This document shows, piece by piece, positions 26,639-36,982 of a stretch of 64,000 bases of DNA. The first letter of the stretch is position 1, and every line of letters starts with the position of its first letter. The notes beneath the pieces were generated by a model. It had not been told where the DNA came from. It was given only the letters and a program-made list of their open reading frames with translations, and made no database searches. This DNA is from Gemmatimonadota bacterium (GTDB taxonomy: Bacteria; Gemmatimonadota; Gemmatimonadetes; Gemmatimonadales; GWC2-71-9): contig JBDHKN010000029.1 in assembly GCA_039586365.1 (NCBI GenBank), positions 8,128-72,127 of the forward strand, given 5' to 3'. Position numbers and translations under genes: made by a program.

Positions 26639-27820
26639 CTAGAACATACGCGCCCACTCAGACCATTCAGACCATCCGGCTTGCGTCGCTTGACGGGCTC
26701 GGAACACGTAGGCTGTACCCGGATCGATGCAGGGAATCATGCCGGCTGCGAAAGTGCCGCTCGATTGCGAGATGTCTACTGACGTCCCATCGCCCGGAAT
26801 GGTCTCCGAATCCCAAACGGGCGTGCGATTCGAGTCGTCGAGGGCTAGGACGAGTTGCCAGGATGTCTGGCCGGCTAGAGCTGATTTCTCGACGGTGAAA
26901 GTCGCGCAGCCAACCGGCTCCGTCGCCACCACGACGTTGTCATACCAGCGCTTGAGACCGCCCACTGGAGCGCCGCCGTTCCAGTATGTGTCAATCATTG
27001 CCACGTTCACCGAAGTACCGGTGTATGCGCCCCTCAGATTCATACCGGACCGATCGAGAACTACACGCCCGTTGGCCCAGAACGTTATCCGTCCATCGTC
27101 TTGTCCCGGACTGTTGAGCTGGATGCGCATCTCCAAGGCCACCCAGCGTCCATCCAGACTGTCAAAAGACAGCGACGACGCAAGGGATCCAAGCCACCTC
27201 TCTGCATCGGAGTACTGCGTGCCGTTGGGAGCAGCGACATTGCTCACGGGATCTGAGATAGCAGTCCCACCGCTCCGGATCCAGAAGTGCTCCATCCAGG
27301 CGAAGCACCACGCACAGTCGATGTAGTGGCTGCGCATCCTGGCCATCTTGGGAGGGTATTCGGTGGGCCACGCCGCCTGGAATCTGTGATACCAGCGGAA
27401 GTAGACCTCGGCGAAGGACTCACTCGGCCGCACCCCGCCCAACGGGTGATCGCCGAAGAACCAGGCTAGCCAGCCGGCCGATTCTTGTCCCAGGGTATAT
27501 TCCTGCTGCATCGACCGCTGACCGCCCAGCGCTTCGCCCGAAACGACGGCGAACCCGTCGTCGTCGTAGTCGCTCCAGTCGCTGCGGTCGTCGGTCTCAA
27601 AATCCTCGCAGATAATTGTGCTGGAATGTGAGCACGTGGGTTCAGGAGAACGGACAATCGGCTGCGACAGTGTCGGTGCGCTCAGCGAGTCGGGTGCGAC
27701 AGGCGGTGCCCCGTCTGCACCACAACTAAACAGTGCGGCCAAGACGGGTACGCCCACCAGCGCACTGGCTGCAGCCGCCTTGAGGCCGTCTCTGAGTGTC
27801 GTGGGGAGGCGAGAGATCAT
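26639..27820 (-). CDS. secreted lipoprotein with polysaccharide-lyase-like / jelly-roll domain
   Basis: lipobox LFSC; CEDFE, EVYFRWY, DGRITFWANG, WYDNVVVA. Confidence 0.65.
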   Translation of the reverse strand: MISRLPTTLRDGLKAAAASALVGVPVLAALFSCGADGAPPVAPDSLSAPTLSQPIVRSPEPTCSHSSTIICEDFETDDRSDWSDYDDDGFAVVSGEALGGQRSMQQEYTLGQESAGWLAWFFGDHPLGGVRPSESFAEVYFRWYHRFQAAWPTEYPPKMARMRSHYIDCAWCFAWMEHFWIRSGGTAISDPVSNVAAPNGTQYSDAERWLGSLASSLSFDSLDGRWVALEMRIQLNSPGQDDGRITFWANGRVVLDRSGMNLRGAYTGTSVNVAMIDTYWNGGAPVGGLKRWYDNVVVATEPVGCATFTVEKSALAGQTSWQLVLALDDSNRTPVWDSETIPGDGTSVDISQSSGTFAAGMIPCIDPGTAYVFRARQATQAGWSEWSEWARMF

Positions 27821-27932
27821 CGAATCCTCCAACTCATTGTCACCACCGAGGAAGACCGCAGGCCATATCGCCTTTCGCGGCGCCCGAGTCTGCCAAAGTT
27901 GAAGCCGCTGGTCTGCCTACACGCCCTCCGGA

Positions 27933-28346
27933 TCAACGCGCGCGACGTGACCGGGACAGGATCTTGCGAACGTTCAGTAGCAGTCTCTTCTGGTCAATGG
28001 GCTTGTCCACGTATCCGTCAGGTGGCGGCACCGTGCGCTGATAGATCAGTCGGCGGAGCTCAGGTCGTCCCGAGACTATGCATACTGGAATACTCCTGAG
28101 TGCCGGGTCACTTCTCATTTCCTCGAATACCTCTCCCCCGTCTTTGCCGGGCATCGAGATATCCAGTGTCACCATATCGGGCCGCTCACTGCGGGCCAAT
28201 TCCAGGGCCTCCTCACCATCACGGGCCTCCACCACTGTCGCGCCGCTATCGCTCAGTACGGTGCCAATGAACGTGAGGCTGTCTGGCTCATCGTCAACCA
28301 CGAGTATCGTGTAATTGGAGAGATCCATCACCACATCAAACTCCAT
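27933..28346 (-). CDS. single-domain response regulator
   Basis: ILVVDD, LDISMP (phospho-Asp), KP. Confidence 0.9.
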   Translation of the reverse strand: MEFDVVMDLSNYTILVVDDEPDSLTFIGTVLSDSGATVVEARDGEEALELARSERPDMVTLDISMPGKDGGEVFEEMRSDPALRSIPVCIVSGRPELRRLIYQRTVPPPDGYVDKPIDQKRLLLNVRKILSRSRRAR

Positions 28347-28422
28347 CCCTAGTCGAATGCCGCTGGGCTGGGGCCTCGGCGACCATTGTAGTCATCACTG
28401 CTGCAGTGTAGGTGTTGGTCAC

Positions 28423-28806
28423 CTACTCGACGATCAGTGTGCCTCTCTCGTACATGTGGTAGTCACTGCACCAGATCGTGCACAGGAAGAGATATTCACC
28501 CGCGACCTCGGGAGTGAATGTGACCTCTGTCACGTCGCCGGGTCTGATCGCTCCTGTGCTGAGATTGAGCGCGGGCAGATAAAAGCTGTGTGTCACAGTA
28601 TCCGGATTCTTCACCACTATGGTCACCTGGTGCCCGCGCTGGACTCGGATAGTGCGCGGCGACCAGTTGCCCCGCTCGGGGGCACGCGTCAGCAGCGTCA
28701 GCCTGGCCGGCTCCGCTTGGACCGGTCTGCAACCGGAGACCGTCAGTGCGGGACCCGCCAGGCACAACAGCGTCACAACTGCGGCTGCGCCGTTCCGCAT
28801 GAACAT
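28423..28806 (-). CDS. CuA-type cupredoxin lipoprotein
   Basis: lipobox VSGC; THSF...CTIWCSDYHMYE. Confidence 0.85.
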   Translation of the reverse strand: MFMRNGAAAVVTLLCLAGPALTVSGCRPVQAEPARLTLLTRAPERGNWSPRTIRVQRGHQVTIVVKNPDTVTHSFYLPALNLSTGAIRPGDVTEVTFTPEVAGEYLFLCTIWCSDYHMYERGTLIVE

Positions 28807-28810
28807 CGGA

Positions 28811-30709
28811 CTATCCTTCGAACAGCCAGAGAAAGAGTATGCTGAGCCCCATCAGGAACAACAGCATCGGTATCCACCCCCTCTTCGCCTCGTTGCCCGT
28901 GGCGAATATCTGTCCGGCGAACCTGTAGCCGTACTCCAAGGAAAACGCCAGCCCTCCTAATAGCATCACCGTTTGTAGATAGGGAAGCGCCCCGGTCCAA
29001 AATGGCGCGAATCCCCAGCCTGCAGTTCCCAACAAGTTCCAACCCACGGATAGCGGGTCTGAGAGGACTCGCGGTATGTAGCTCCCGTTGACGAGAATGA
29101 TGCCCAGACTGAACGCAGCCCAGCGAGCAATGCCCAGTGGGACGAGACAGTAGGAGAATCCTACGAACACCTTCTTGAGGGATACCTGCTTGTCTCCACT
29201 TGCCAGCTTCGAGAGGTACGACACCAAGAGAAACAGACCCGGCACCAAGACGAAGCTCAGCACCGTGTAGGCCGCCACGAAGAGCGCATAGCCGCCGAGG
29301 GTTTTCACACTCACCAAATCCCGGAGCCAACCGTGGGGTCCCTGCATCGTGAGAAAGAAGACGACGAGAACACCGATCATTGTCAGGCTCTTGAATGCCT
29401 CATCGAGACCCCGGCGGTTGTAGCGATCGTCCGTGCGCTTCCGCGCCGTGAGTAGGTCGGTCCCGAACGGCCTAAGGTTGAGAGCCATGTTGTCGTGAGG
29501 GCAGGTCTTGAAGCACTCCATGCACAAGCCACAGTAGGTGTTGCGATTCAAGTCAAACGGCTGCTCCATCCAGGGGCAGCCGTAACCTTTCTCGTTTCCC
29601 ACGTAGCAACTCTTGGGCTTGTGGGTCTGGCAGATCGCCGGGTCTTTTACCCTGACCTCGCATGCAGCGAAGTTCGCGTACAGTCCCTGGAAGCCGCTGA
29701 CTGGGCAAACGTACAGGCAGAAAGTCCGCTTCTCGAATATCACGGAGACGATGATCGCTCCGAGCACCACGACTGCCAGCAGGCCGAACGTAGCTATTGG
29801 GATGACCGTGAAGAAGCCGAACAGAAACGTCGCTACAAAGAACACCATCGTGACGGGCCAGAGATTGCGGAACCTCTTGGGCCACCGCTTGCCCAGCCCC
29901 CAGGACTTGTGTTGGCCGACACCGATGAGCTTACCCCTCTGTAACCAATCTCCCAGCAGAGGGAACGGACACACCATACACCAGAACCGGCCCAACACGG
30001 GCACGAAGATCGTCATCAGGAGCACCCACCAGAGTACCCAGACGATCATGACACCGAAATTGAGGTTCCCCGCTGAAACTCCGCCCCTGAGACCGGATAC
30101 CAGGATGACCACGAGGATGAGCGAGTTCAGCACGACGAACAGAGTGGGGAACCAACGATTCTTAAACAGGTTCCGCACCGGTTTGTACTTGGTGAGTTCA
30201 AAGCGCCAGTCTAGAGGAACGATGCCGAACAGGGCGTCCCGACTGCGCTTGCTTCTCTTGAACGCCAATGCCAACGAGCCAAGGGTCAGCAGCACTATGA
30301 GGATCACACCCGCGTGGTACCTCCGGTTGGGCAAGACTCGCAGATAACCGTACTCGTAGGGGTGCATCCAGCCACAAGTAACCGAACAGCGGAAGGAGAA
30401 TCTCCCGGCCTTGTCAGCCACGAATCCGATGAGTCTGATCTCACCGGGGTCGACGGTGGCTTGTATGCCGTAGTCGTATAGATAGAACCCGTGTGTGACA
30501 TCTCGGGAGATGAGCTTGATCGCTACTGTCTCGCCTTCTTTCACCGTGATGATGCTGGGGTCATAGCTGAATCTTCCGACGCTCACTTCGACCGTGCGTT
30601 GACCCCCGACGAGTTCTCCGGAATAGCGATCCGAATCACTACACGAAGAGATCGTGCAAGCCAGCGCCACGACCGCAAACGCCCCAAGCGCGTTACTGTT
30701 TGCTCTCAA
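28811..30709 (-). CDS. CuA cupredoxin fused to a NosR/NapH-like 4Fe-4S membrane protein
   Basis: DVTHGF...CSVTCGWMHPYE; GRFWCMVCP, FCLYVCP, CGLCMECFKTCP; about 10 TM; TTG at 30709 overlaps the upstream stop. Confidence 0.85.
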   Translation of the reverse strand: MRANSNALGAFAVVALACTISSCSDSDRYSGELVGGQRTVEVSVGRFSYDPSIITVKEGETVAIKLISRDVTHGFYLYDYGIQATVDPGEIRLIGFVADKAGRFSFRCSVTCGWMHPYEYGYLRVLPNRRYHAGVILIVLLTLGSLALAFKRSKRSRDALFGIVPLDWRFELTKYKPVRNLFKNRWFPTLFVVLNSLILVVILVSGLRGGVSAGNLNFGVMIVWVLWWVLLMTIFVPVLGRFWCMVCPFPLLGDWLQRGKLIGVGQHKSWGLGKRWPKRFRNLWPVTMVFFVATFLFGFFTVIPIATFGLLAVVVLGAIIVSVIFEKRTFCLYVCPVSGFQGLYANFAACEVRVKDPAICQTHKPKSCYVGNEKGYGCPWMEQPFDLNRNTYCGLCMECFKTCPHDNMALNLRPFGTDLLTARKRTDDRYNRRGLDEAFKSLTMIGVLVVFFLTMQGPHGWLRDLVSVKTLGGYALFVAAYTVLSFVLVPGLFLLVSYLSKLASGDKQVSLKKVFVGFSYCLVPLGIARWAAFSLGIILVNGSYIPRVLSDPLSVGWNLLGTAGWGFAPFWTGALPYLQTVMLLGGLAFSLEYGYRFAGQIFATGNEAKRGWIPMLLFLMGLSILFLWLFEG

Positions 30710-31488
30710 TCCCGCTCCAGGATCAGTGGTCTCACAATCGCTATGGACTTTGCCGCAAACGACTCCGTCTTCGCTCCGTCCCACACAGCAAAGGAAATCA
30801 GCGGATCACTTCCCGGTGCCAGCTCGATTGCGCCATCTTGTTGGCTACTCAATGATCGCTTGAACACCACGTACCACTTGCCATCCCTGTGCTCCCCCTT
30901 GGCCGTGACATTCTGGCTCTCCAACGGTGTCTGCGTTCCGGGACCCGATGTTATCAACTCGGCGACCGCCTTGACCGAGTCACTTGCGTTCTGATGTTGT
31001 GCGGTATCCCAGTCGGCGCGCCAGTGCCAGATGTTGCCACTGCCGCCTTGAGCCATCATCTGTCCCATTGCCGGCGAGTCCGCCGGCTCGATGAAAACAG
31101 CGCACGCATCGGGCTTTGGTGCGACGTCACGGTTCTCCGTGTCATCTGCGAACTCGACTTGGAATGCGATCTCGCCACCGTTGTAGGCCCCCCTGACCCA
31201 AATGTCCCTTTCCTCGGTGCCGTACGGCACTCTGGCATTCTGAGGCCACAGGTGAATCCTCATAGCTGCCATGCCGGCCCAGTATTCAGCGAGGGGGTCT
31301 AACGGGAGGTCAGAAGTTGTGTACCCGATCCTCAATGGTTCTTCTTCTGTCACGCCCACGAGACGGTCTCGGGTCAGACTGTACATCACGCCGAAGAACG
31401 CCGCTCCCAGGAGCAACAACGGCACGAAAAACCTGAGCATCGTTGCTGTGGTGTGTTTACGCGCGCCGGTGTCGATGGTGTACCTCAT
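30706..31488 (-). CDS. ethylbenzene-dehydrogenase-gamma-like heme-b binding (DOMON-like) protein
   Basis: N-terminal anchor; DACAV, MGQMM, NIWHWRA, GKWYVVFKRSL, ISFAVWDG...KS. Confidence 0.75.
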   Translation of the reverse strand: MRYTIDTGARKHTTATMLRFFVPLLLLGAAFFGVMYSLTRDRLVGVTEEEPLRIGYTTSDLPLDPLAEYWAGMAAMRIHLWPQNARVPYGTEERDIWVRGAYNGGEIAFQVEFADDTENRDVAPKPDACAVFIEPADSPAMGQMMAQGGSGNIWHWRADWDTAQHQNASDSVKAVAELITSGPGTQTPLESQNVTAKGEHRDGKWYVVFKRSLSSQQDGAIELAPGSDPLISFAVWDGAKTESFAAKSIAIVRPLILERD

Positions 31489-31806
31489 TGTTGTGTGCGT
31501 GGAATCTTCTCATTGTGCATCGCGGCATGGTAGAGGAATGTAGCGAGTACAATCGCCGACTGCCTTAGATCTGCCTCGTTGAACCGTTCGCAGAGATCCG
31601 TGTTCGTGTGGTGGGACGGACATCCCCAAGCAGTACTTTTGGCTAAATGGAATAGACGCCTGTACCAACAATGTTGTCAGTCCCGGGAGTGAGTAAGATA
31701 TGAGTTGAAGTACGATCCGCGAGCCGCGCCGGCCTTGCGACGTAGCGGTAGCTCCGGTCCCAATCGCGCGGTACCTTAGGGCGACTCGACACCCGTAGAC
31801 TATTCC

Positions 31807-34800
31807 ATGCAAACTGACTCTGCTGTAAAAGGTGGCACCGCCAAGAGCGCAATTCTGGCATTGCTGACCGTGACGATCGCGGTACTGCCGCTCCAGAGGC
31901 AGCAAGCCGCCCCGGAACCGCTGTTCGGCCTCGAGACGATCTTCGAGGACGGCCTCTTGCTCCAGGACCGGAACGGCGACGGTCACATAGACCACGTTGC
32001 CGCGCATTTGTCACTTGGCAGCGCTCCGAGCGATCGCGACGTGGCCGCTGCTGCCAATGTCGCAGCTCGCTTGGGGTTCGAGACTGCTGCGATGAATCTG
32101 CCCCTTACTACAGCGACTGAGGGCGTCACCATCGCCGTCGGGCGGTCTGCTACGGCGCAATTGGCTATCCCGCCCGATCGCCTCGGCGCAGATCTGGAAC
32201 CTGGTGTGGGCGTCGCTGCTGTGTTGGACCGTGAAGCGGGACCTGCCCTTGTCGTCACAGGGGGCGACGACGTGGGAACAGCCGCGGCCGCACTAGCTCT
32301 CGCCGCCCGGGCACCACACCTGTGGGACCCTGACGGGCCGACCTTCCAAGATGTGACCGCGGCAACGGGCGGGGTTCTCGGGGCGGCCCAGATCGAGGAC
32401 GCAAGTGTGCGAGTGACTCGGTTCCTGGTCGACCACGACACACCCGGGCTGCACCGGCTTGATGTTGAGGTCCGCGTGCCCCGCGAGATGCTGAGCCGAG
32501 CCGAAAGCGCACTGCTTCAGGCGGCTGCGCCCGATACCGCACCGTCCGAGCCAGAGGCTGCGACCGAGGTGGCACAGGCCGCCGAGACCGCACAGCAACC
32601 AACCTCCCTGCGGTTCGACGGATTGCGCTTGCTGCGGATCTATCTGTCGGCCGTCGCAACCGAGCCGATCATCCTCCACATTGCCGGAACAGAGGATCCG
32701 CCGGAATCAGGGTCGGGCCGTCGTCCCGGCGGAGGCGACAAGACCGATCTGGATCTCTCTAACCTCTACACGACCGACGGATTCCTCGGCGATTCGGACC
32801 GTGACCTCATCCCCGATCGGGTGGACGTATTGCTGAGCGCCGCCGGCGAGACATCCGGGGCAACCGCTGACCTCGCCGCGCGTATCGCGCTGGAGGCCAC
32901 TGGCGTCGTAATCCCAATCGCTGTGCCGCCGGAGGAGATCGATGATCCGGAAGAACGACCCCCGCTTGTTCTCATTGGAGGCACGCATCCGTTGATCGGG
33001 CAGCTCGTTGACGAGGAGAAGCTATCCATCCCCGAGTTGCAGCCAGGTCAGGGTCTGATCCGGGTGGTCCCCAAGGCGTTCGACGAGAAACCTGCGCTCA
33101 TCGTTGTCGGTGCCGATGCAGCCGGTCTGGAGCGCGCGGTGCGGCAAGTCGCGGAGCGATTTCCGAATCTGTGGGAACGCGGCAAAGACCGCACTACGAT
33201 CGAGGACGTGCGGCATGATCTCTGGCTAGCTCTGTCTAGTCGTTCTCCCATCGGACAGGCGGCCAGCGCCATCTACAAACTCGACCAGATCGCCGAGCAA
33301 CTGGCCGGTACCGATCTCGAGAACGCGTCTGTCTCCGTCCATGTGGAGCAGGCCGATGTCGGATTCGGTGAGTTCGTACGTGACCGCTTAGCAGAGAGAC
33401 TGCATGCAGATCGGCTCGACGTCACCATCGACAACCTTGATGTGCAGCACGCCAAGCTACTGATCGACGAAACCTTCGACGTCACCTCTGAAGTCGACGA
33501 GTTTTGGAGAATCTTTCATTCAGACGTTCTGCCGCGCGTGAGCAGTGGACAGGCCGTAGTCGTCGACGCGCTGTTGAGTGAGCCGCCTGAGATCCGATCG
33601 CAGATCGAGCGGCGGGTGGAGCGAGAGCTCATGGATGCCGGGGCTGATCCCGCCACGACGTCGGTGACCGTGCTATCGGCGTATAAGCAGGGCTACAGCT
33701 GGCTGTACGACGTGGTGCGACCGGCGTTGCAGGGCCAATCGCTCGACACGCTGCTCATCCGTTTCGCCGAGATCGGTGCCCCGGAGGATTGGCCGCAACA
33801 GGCGATGTACACGCCCACCCGCTGGCTGTTGGAGATCTATCCCATAGACGAGGTGCTGGCACGAGAACTCGGCGTGGACCTGGGACGGATCAGGTTTGAG
33901 AAGATGCCGCTTGGTGCTCCCACGTATGAGGTCGTCGCAACCGCGCCGGGTGGCGAAGAGATCCTCCACCAGAGGTTCGAGCCCAAGTACGTGCTGCGTC
34001 CCTACTTCGACCGCTTCCCCGACTACGAGAAATCGCGGGTGACTACCGGATGGATCACGGCTAGTGTCGGTCAGGATACGGTGGCGGATCGACGCATCAT
34101 CACAGACATAGAGAGATTCTGGAACCAGTTCCAATCGCGCACACTGATGCAGATATACGACTATGTCATGCGCAATGGACGAGGGAAGCCACAGGCGTCG
34201 GACGCCCCCCATTTCGGTGAGCTGATTGTCGACGTGTCCCTCAGTGAGCCCGACTACCAGGTTGGCGTGGACCAAGAACAGATAGCGTCGCTGGAAGCGC
34301 TGCACGAGGAGATCTATTTCGGCGTGCTGCATTTCTTCGATGTTATGGGTCGGCTGGCGCGGGGCCAAGCGCTGAACTACCCGGGTCGCGTGATCCCGAT
34401 CGTTCGCCCGAGGAGCGACGGCGCGGCGGGGCATGCCAAAGTCACATTCACAGGATTTGGGGCGGCCGGGCCAATGGTGACCGTGACCTCGCAACAAAGG
34501 GGGAAACACGCGGTGACAGAGCGGCGGCCGATCCCACCAGTCACGCTGGACAAACCCACTGCTCTCGCTGCGCTGGTGAGCGCCGGCCAACCCGGAGTGG
34601 ACGAACTGGAGTTCCGCGTGAAGGTCGATTTCGCGGACGACCACCGTGACGAGTTCGTGCTACGCACCAGTGCCCGAAACGTCGACAGCCGGATCACCTC
34701 GGCACAACAGGTTACCAGCTTGACGGATATCGCCAAGGCTCTGCGCGACGCCGGCCTGTACCGCGGCGAACTGGCGTCGCCTGGCCGAGGTACAATCAGG

Positions 34801-36063
34801 TTGTCGGCGTACTGGGGTCAAGAATTCGCGGCGGACTCCCAACGGACTGCCAGCTTGCCCGCCAACGGCGTGCCACCGACGTTTCCCGACATCGCTGCGC
34901 TGAGGCCGGAAGGATATGAGTGGACGGGTGAGACGATGGTACAGTGGCACACCCCGATCCCGCCGTCCGAGGCAGCCGAAATCCTGTCCAAGATGGCGAC
35001 CTTCTCTCAAGCCACCGCGTACCAAGTGGGCAAGAGCTATCTCGGCGAGCGCATCTGGGCCATGGACATGATGGCCCCCGTAGCCGCGTCGCACTGGTCG
35101 CAGGCCAAGGCGTCCACACTCAAGCCGACAGTGGTGTACTCCGCCCGGGAGCACGCGAATGAGGTCTCCTCCACCAGTCATGTTCTGAAGTTGGCCGAAC
35201 TGATACTGACCGACCCTGAGTACGCAGGTGTGCTCGACAAGGTGAACGTCGTCATCCATCCGATCACCAACCCCGATGGAGCACAACTGCAGCATGAGCT
35301 CTCTCAGATCACGCCCGACCACATGTTGCACGCCGCATACCTTGGGTCGCTCGGGGTGAACGCCACCGCCGGACAAACCGACGATGATCCCATCTATCCC
35401 GAAGCCAAGGTTCGTCCCAGACTCTGGAGCACCTGGTTACCGGACATCTTCCTCAACCCACACGGCTACCCGTCACATGAGTGGGTGCAACTGTTCTCTG
35501 AGTACGCCGCGTGGGTGCGTACGAGGGCCACCGAACAGCGCGGTTGGTGGGGCATGAGAGGTTGGTTCATGCCGAGTTTCAACTACGTCGACAGCCCTGA
35601 TTTCCCCGATCACAAAGCGGCAGCCTTCGAGATCCGCGATCGAATTACTGAGAAGATCAACGCCATTCCAGAGATCTACGCACTCAATCGCCGAGCGTAT
35701 GATCGGTATCGGCGTTACGCATTCCAGTGGGATTCCGAGAGCTTCAAGATGGACTTTGCCGACTCGGTCCTGATATACACCTCGATCACGGGTTCCAGCG
35801 GTGAGGGTGGTGGTACTATGTCCAATCCAAGGGTGACCATCTGGTCAGGAGTGACCGAAGCGCCCGATGAGCCGGCTCATGGCGACTGGATGGGACTGGT
35901 CGCTACTGCCGGATTGGAGTGGGACAAGGCAGTGCTGGAATATCTCATCGAAGGTGAGCATGAAGTCGAGCGAACTGAGAAGCAGTTCGCCGGTGGCGTG
36001 AGCTTCAGGCTGCACCGGCCCCGACCACCGAAACGCAAGGGTGCCGAGGAAGAGACGGGATGA
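31807..36063 (+). CDS. large secreted M14 zinc carboxypeptidase-family protein
   Basis: signal peptide; C-terminal AREHANE, NPDG, LNPHGYP. Confidence 0.88.
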   Translation: MQTDSAVKGGTAKSAILALLTVTIAVLPLQRQQAAPEPLFGLETIFEDGLLLQDRNGDGHIDHVAAHLSLGSAPSDRDVAAAANVAARLGFETAAMNLPLTTATEGVTIAVGRSATAQLAIPPDRLGADLEPGVGVAAVLDREAGPALVVTGGDDVGTAAAALALAARAPHLWDPDGPTFQDVTAATGGVLGAAQIEDASVRVTRFLVDHDTPGLHRLDVEVRVPREMLSRAESALLQAAAPDTAPSEPEAATEVAQAAETAQQPTSLRFDGLRLLRIYLSAVATEPIILHIAGTEDPPESGSGRRPGGGDKTDLDLSNLYTTDGFLGDSDRDLIPDRVDVLLSAAGETSGATADLAARIALEATGVVIPIAVPPEEIDDPEERPPLVLIGGTHPLIGQLVDEEKLSIPELQPGQGLIRVVPKAFDEKPALIVVGADAAGLERAVRQVAERFPNLWERGKDRTTIEDVRHDLWLALSSRSPIGQAASAIYKLDQIAEQLAGTDLENASVSVHVEQADVGFGEFVRDRLAERLHADRLDVTIDNLDVQHAKLLIDETFDVTSEVDEFWRIFHSDVLPRVSSGQAVVVDALLSEPPEIRSQIERRVERELMDAGADPATTSVTVLSAYKQGYSWLYDVVRPALQGQSLDTLLIRFAEIGAPEDWPQQAMYTPTRWLLEIYPIDEVLARELGVDLGRIRFEKMPLGAPTYEVVATAPGGEEILHQRFEPKYVLRPYFDRFPDYEKSRVTTGWITASVGQDTVADRRIITDIERFWNQFQSRTLMQIYDYVMRNGRGKPQASDAPHFGELIVDVSLSEPDYQVGVDQEQIASLEALHEEIYFGVLHFFDVMGRLARGQALNYPGRVIPIVRPRSDGAAGHAKVTFTGFGAAGPMVTVTSQQRGKHAVTERRPIPPVTLDKPTALAALVSAGQPGVDELEFRVKVDFADDHRDEFVLRTSARNVDSRITSAQQVTSLTDIAKALRDAGLYRGELASPGRGTIRLSAYWGQEFAADSQRTASLPANGVPPTFPDIAALRPEGYEWTGETMVQWHTPIPPSEAAEILSKMATFSQATAYQVGKSYLGERIWAMDMMAPVAASHWSQAKASTLKPTVVYSAREHANEVSSTSHVLKLAELILTDPEYAGVLDKVNVVIHPITNPDGAQLQHELSQITPDHMLHAAYLGSLGVNATAGQTDDDPIYPEAKVRPRLWSTWLPDIFLNPHGYPSHEWVQLFSEYAAWVRTRATEQRGWWGMRGWFMPSFNYVDSPDFPDHKAAAFEIRDRITEKINAIPEIYALNRRAYDRYRRYAFQWDSESFKMDFADSVLIYTSITGSSGEGGGTMSNPRVTIWSGVTEAPDEPAHGDWMGLVATAGLEWDKAVLEYLIEGEHEVERTEKQFAGGVSFRLHRPRPPKRKGAEEETG

Positions 36064-36180
36064 CGCAGCTGGTCGTCGCAGCAGACCTGGTGGCGAGTAC
36101 CACAGCAGCCCGGCTCCAACAACCCAGCGATGGTGGCAGGCGGCACTCCGGGCTCCACCACCGTCTATAGCCAGGCGTCG

Positions 36181-36720
36181 TTACTTGACGAGCCCGAGAA
36201 CGGCTTTGAACATCGGACCTTCAGCTGCCTTCAACAGCTCGTACAGCGCGGTTTCGGTCGAAGTGATCACCGCGCCTGCTCCCTGCATCTTGGCGAGACC
36301 GATCCTCTTGTTGTCCAGCGTTCGGGATGACACAGCATCGGCAACGACCTGCACCTCATAGCCCGCGTCAATCAGTTGTAACGCTGTTTGATGAACACAG
36401 ATGTGAGTCTCGATCCCCGTCAACAGAATCTGTCGCCGATTCAGTCCTTGAAGGGCTGCAGTGAATGTCTTCTCTCCACAGCAGCTGAAACTGGTCTTGC
36501 TAATCACCTCTACGTCAGTGAGGAGGTCGGCGATTTCCGCTACGGTCGGCCCGATTCCCTGGGGATATTGTTCCGTTACCAGAATTGGGACCCCCAGAAT
36601 CCTTGCTCCCTGTATCATCCGTCGCAGGTTTTCAAACAGCTCGGACTTGTGGTGCATGAGCTGGGCTAGTTTGCCCTGGACATCGACCACGACCAGGATA
36701 GTGTCTTCTCGCTGCAACAT
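36181..36720 (-). CDS. isochorismatase-family hydrolase
   Basis: VVDVQ, TEQYPQGIG, KTSFSC, GIETHICV. Confidence 0.93.
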   Translation of the reverse strand: MLQREDTILVVVDVQGKLAQLMHHKSELFENLRRMIQGARILGVPILVTEQYPQGIGPTVAEIADLLTDVEVISKTSFSCCGEKTFTAALQGLNRRQILLTGIETHICVHQTALQLIDAGYEVQVVADAVSSRTLDNKRIGLAKMQGAGAVITSTETALYELLKAAEGPMFKAVLGLVK

Positions 36721-36982
36721 CAGTGCATTTGCCTTTCAGTGAGCTCCTGGTGTTGAGGCAAAGCCGCCCAGCCCGCCGTCCGCACACACAGACGGTGTAC
36801 CACCGTTTCCAGCCGTGGCTCGAAACAGCCTCTCCACCGCTCGCAACAGGCGTGGCTGCGGCGGGTATGACAATGAGGTCATGCCGAGCGTCGCCGGAAT
36901 TTGCTTGTCCTGCTCACTTGACGCTAATCTATATGGCACGGCTCGAAACGGTGCCTGTCGTAGGGACGCAGGAGGTCTGATA

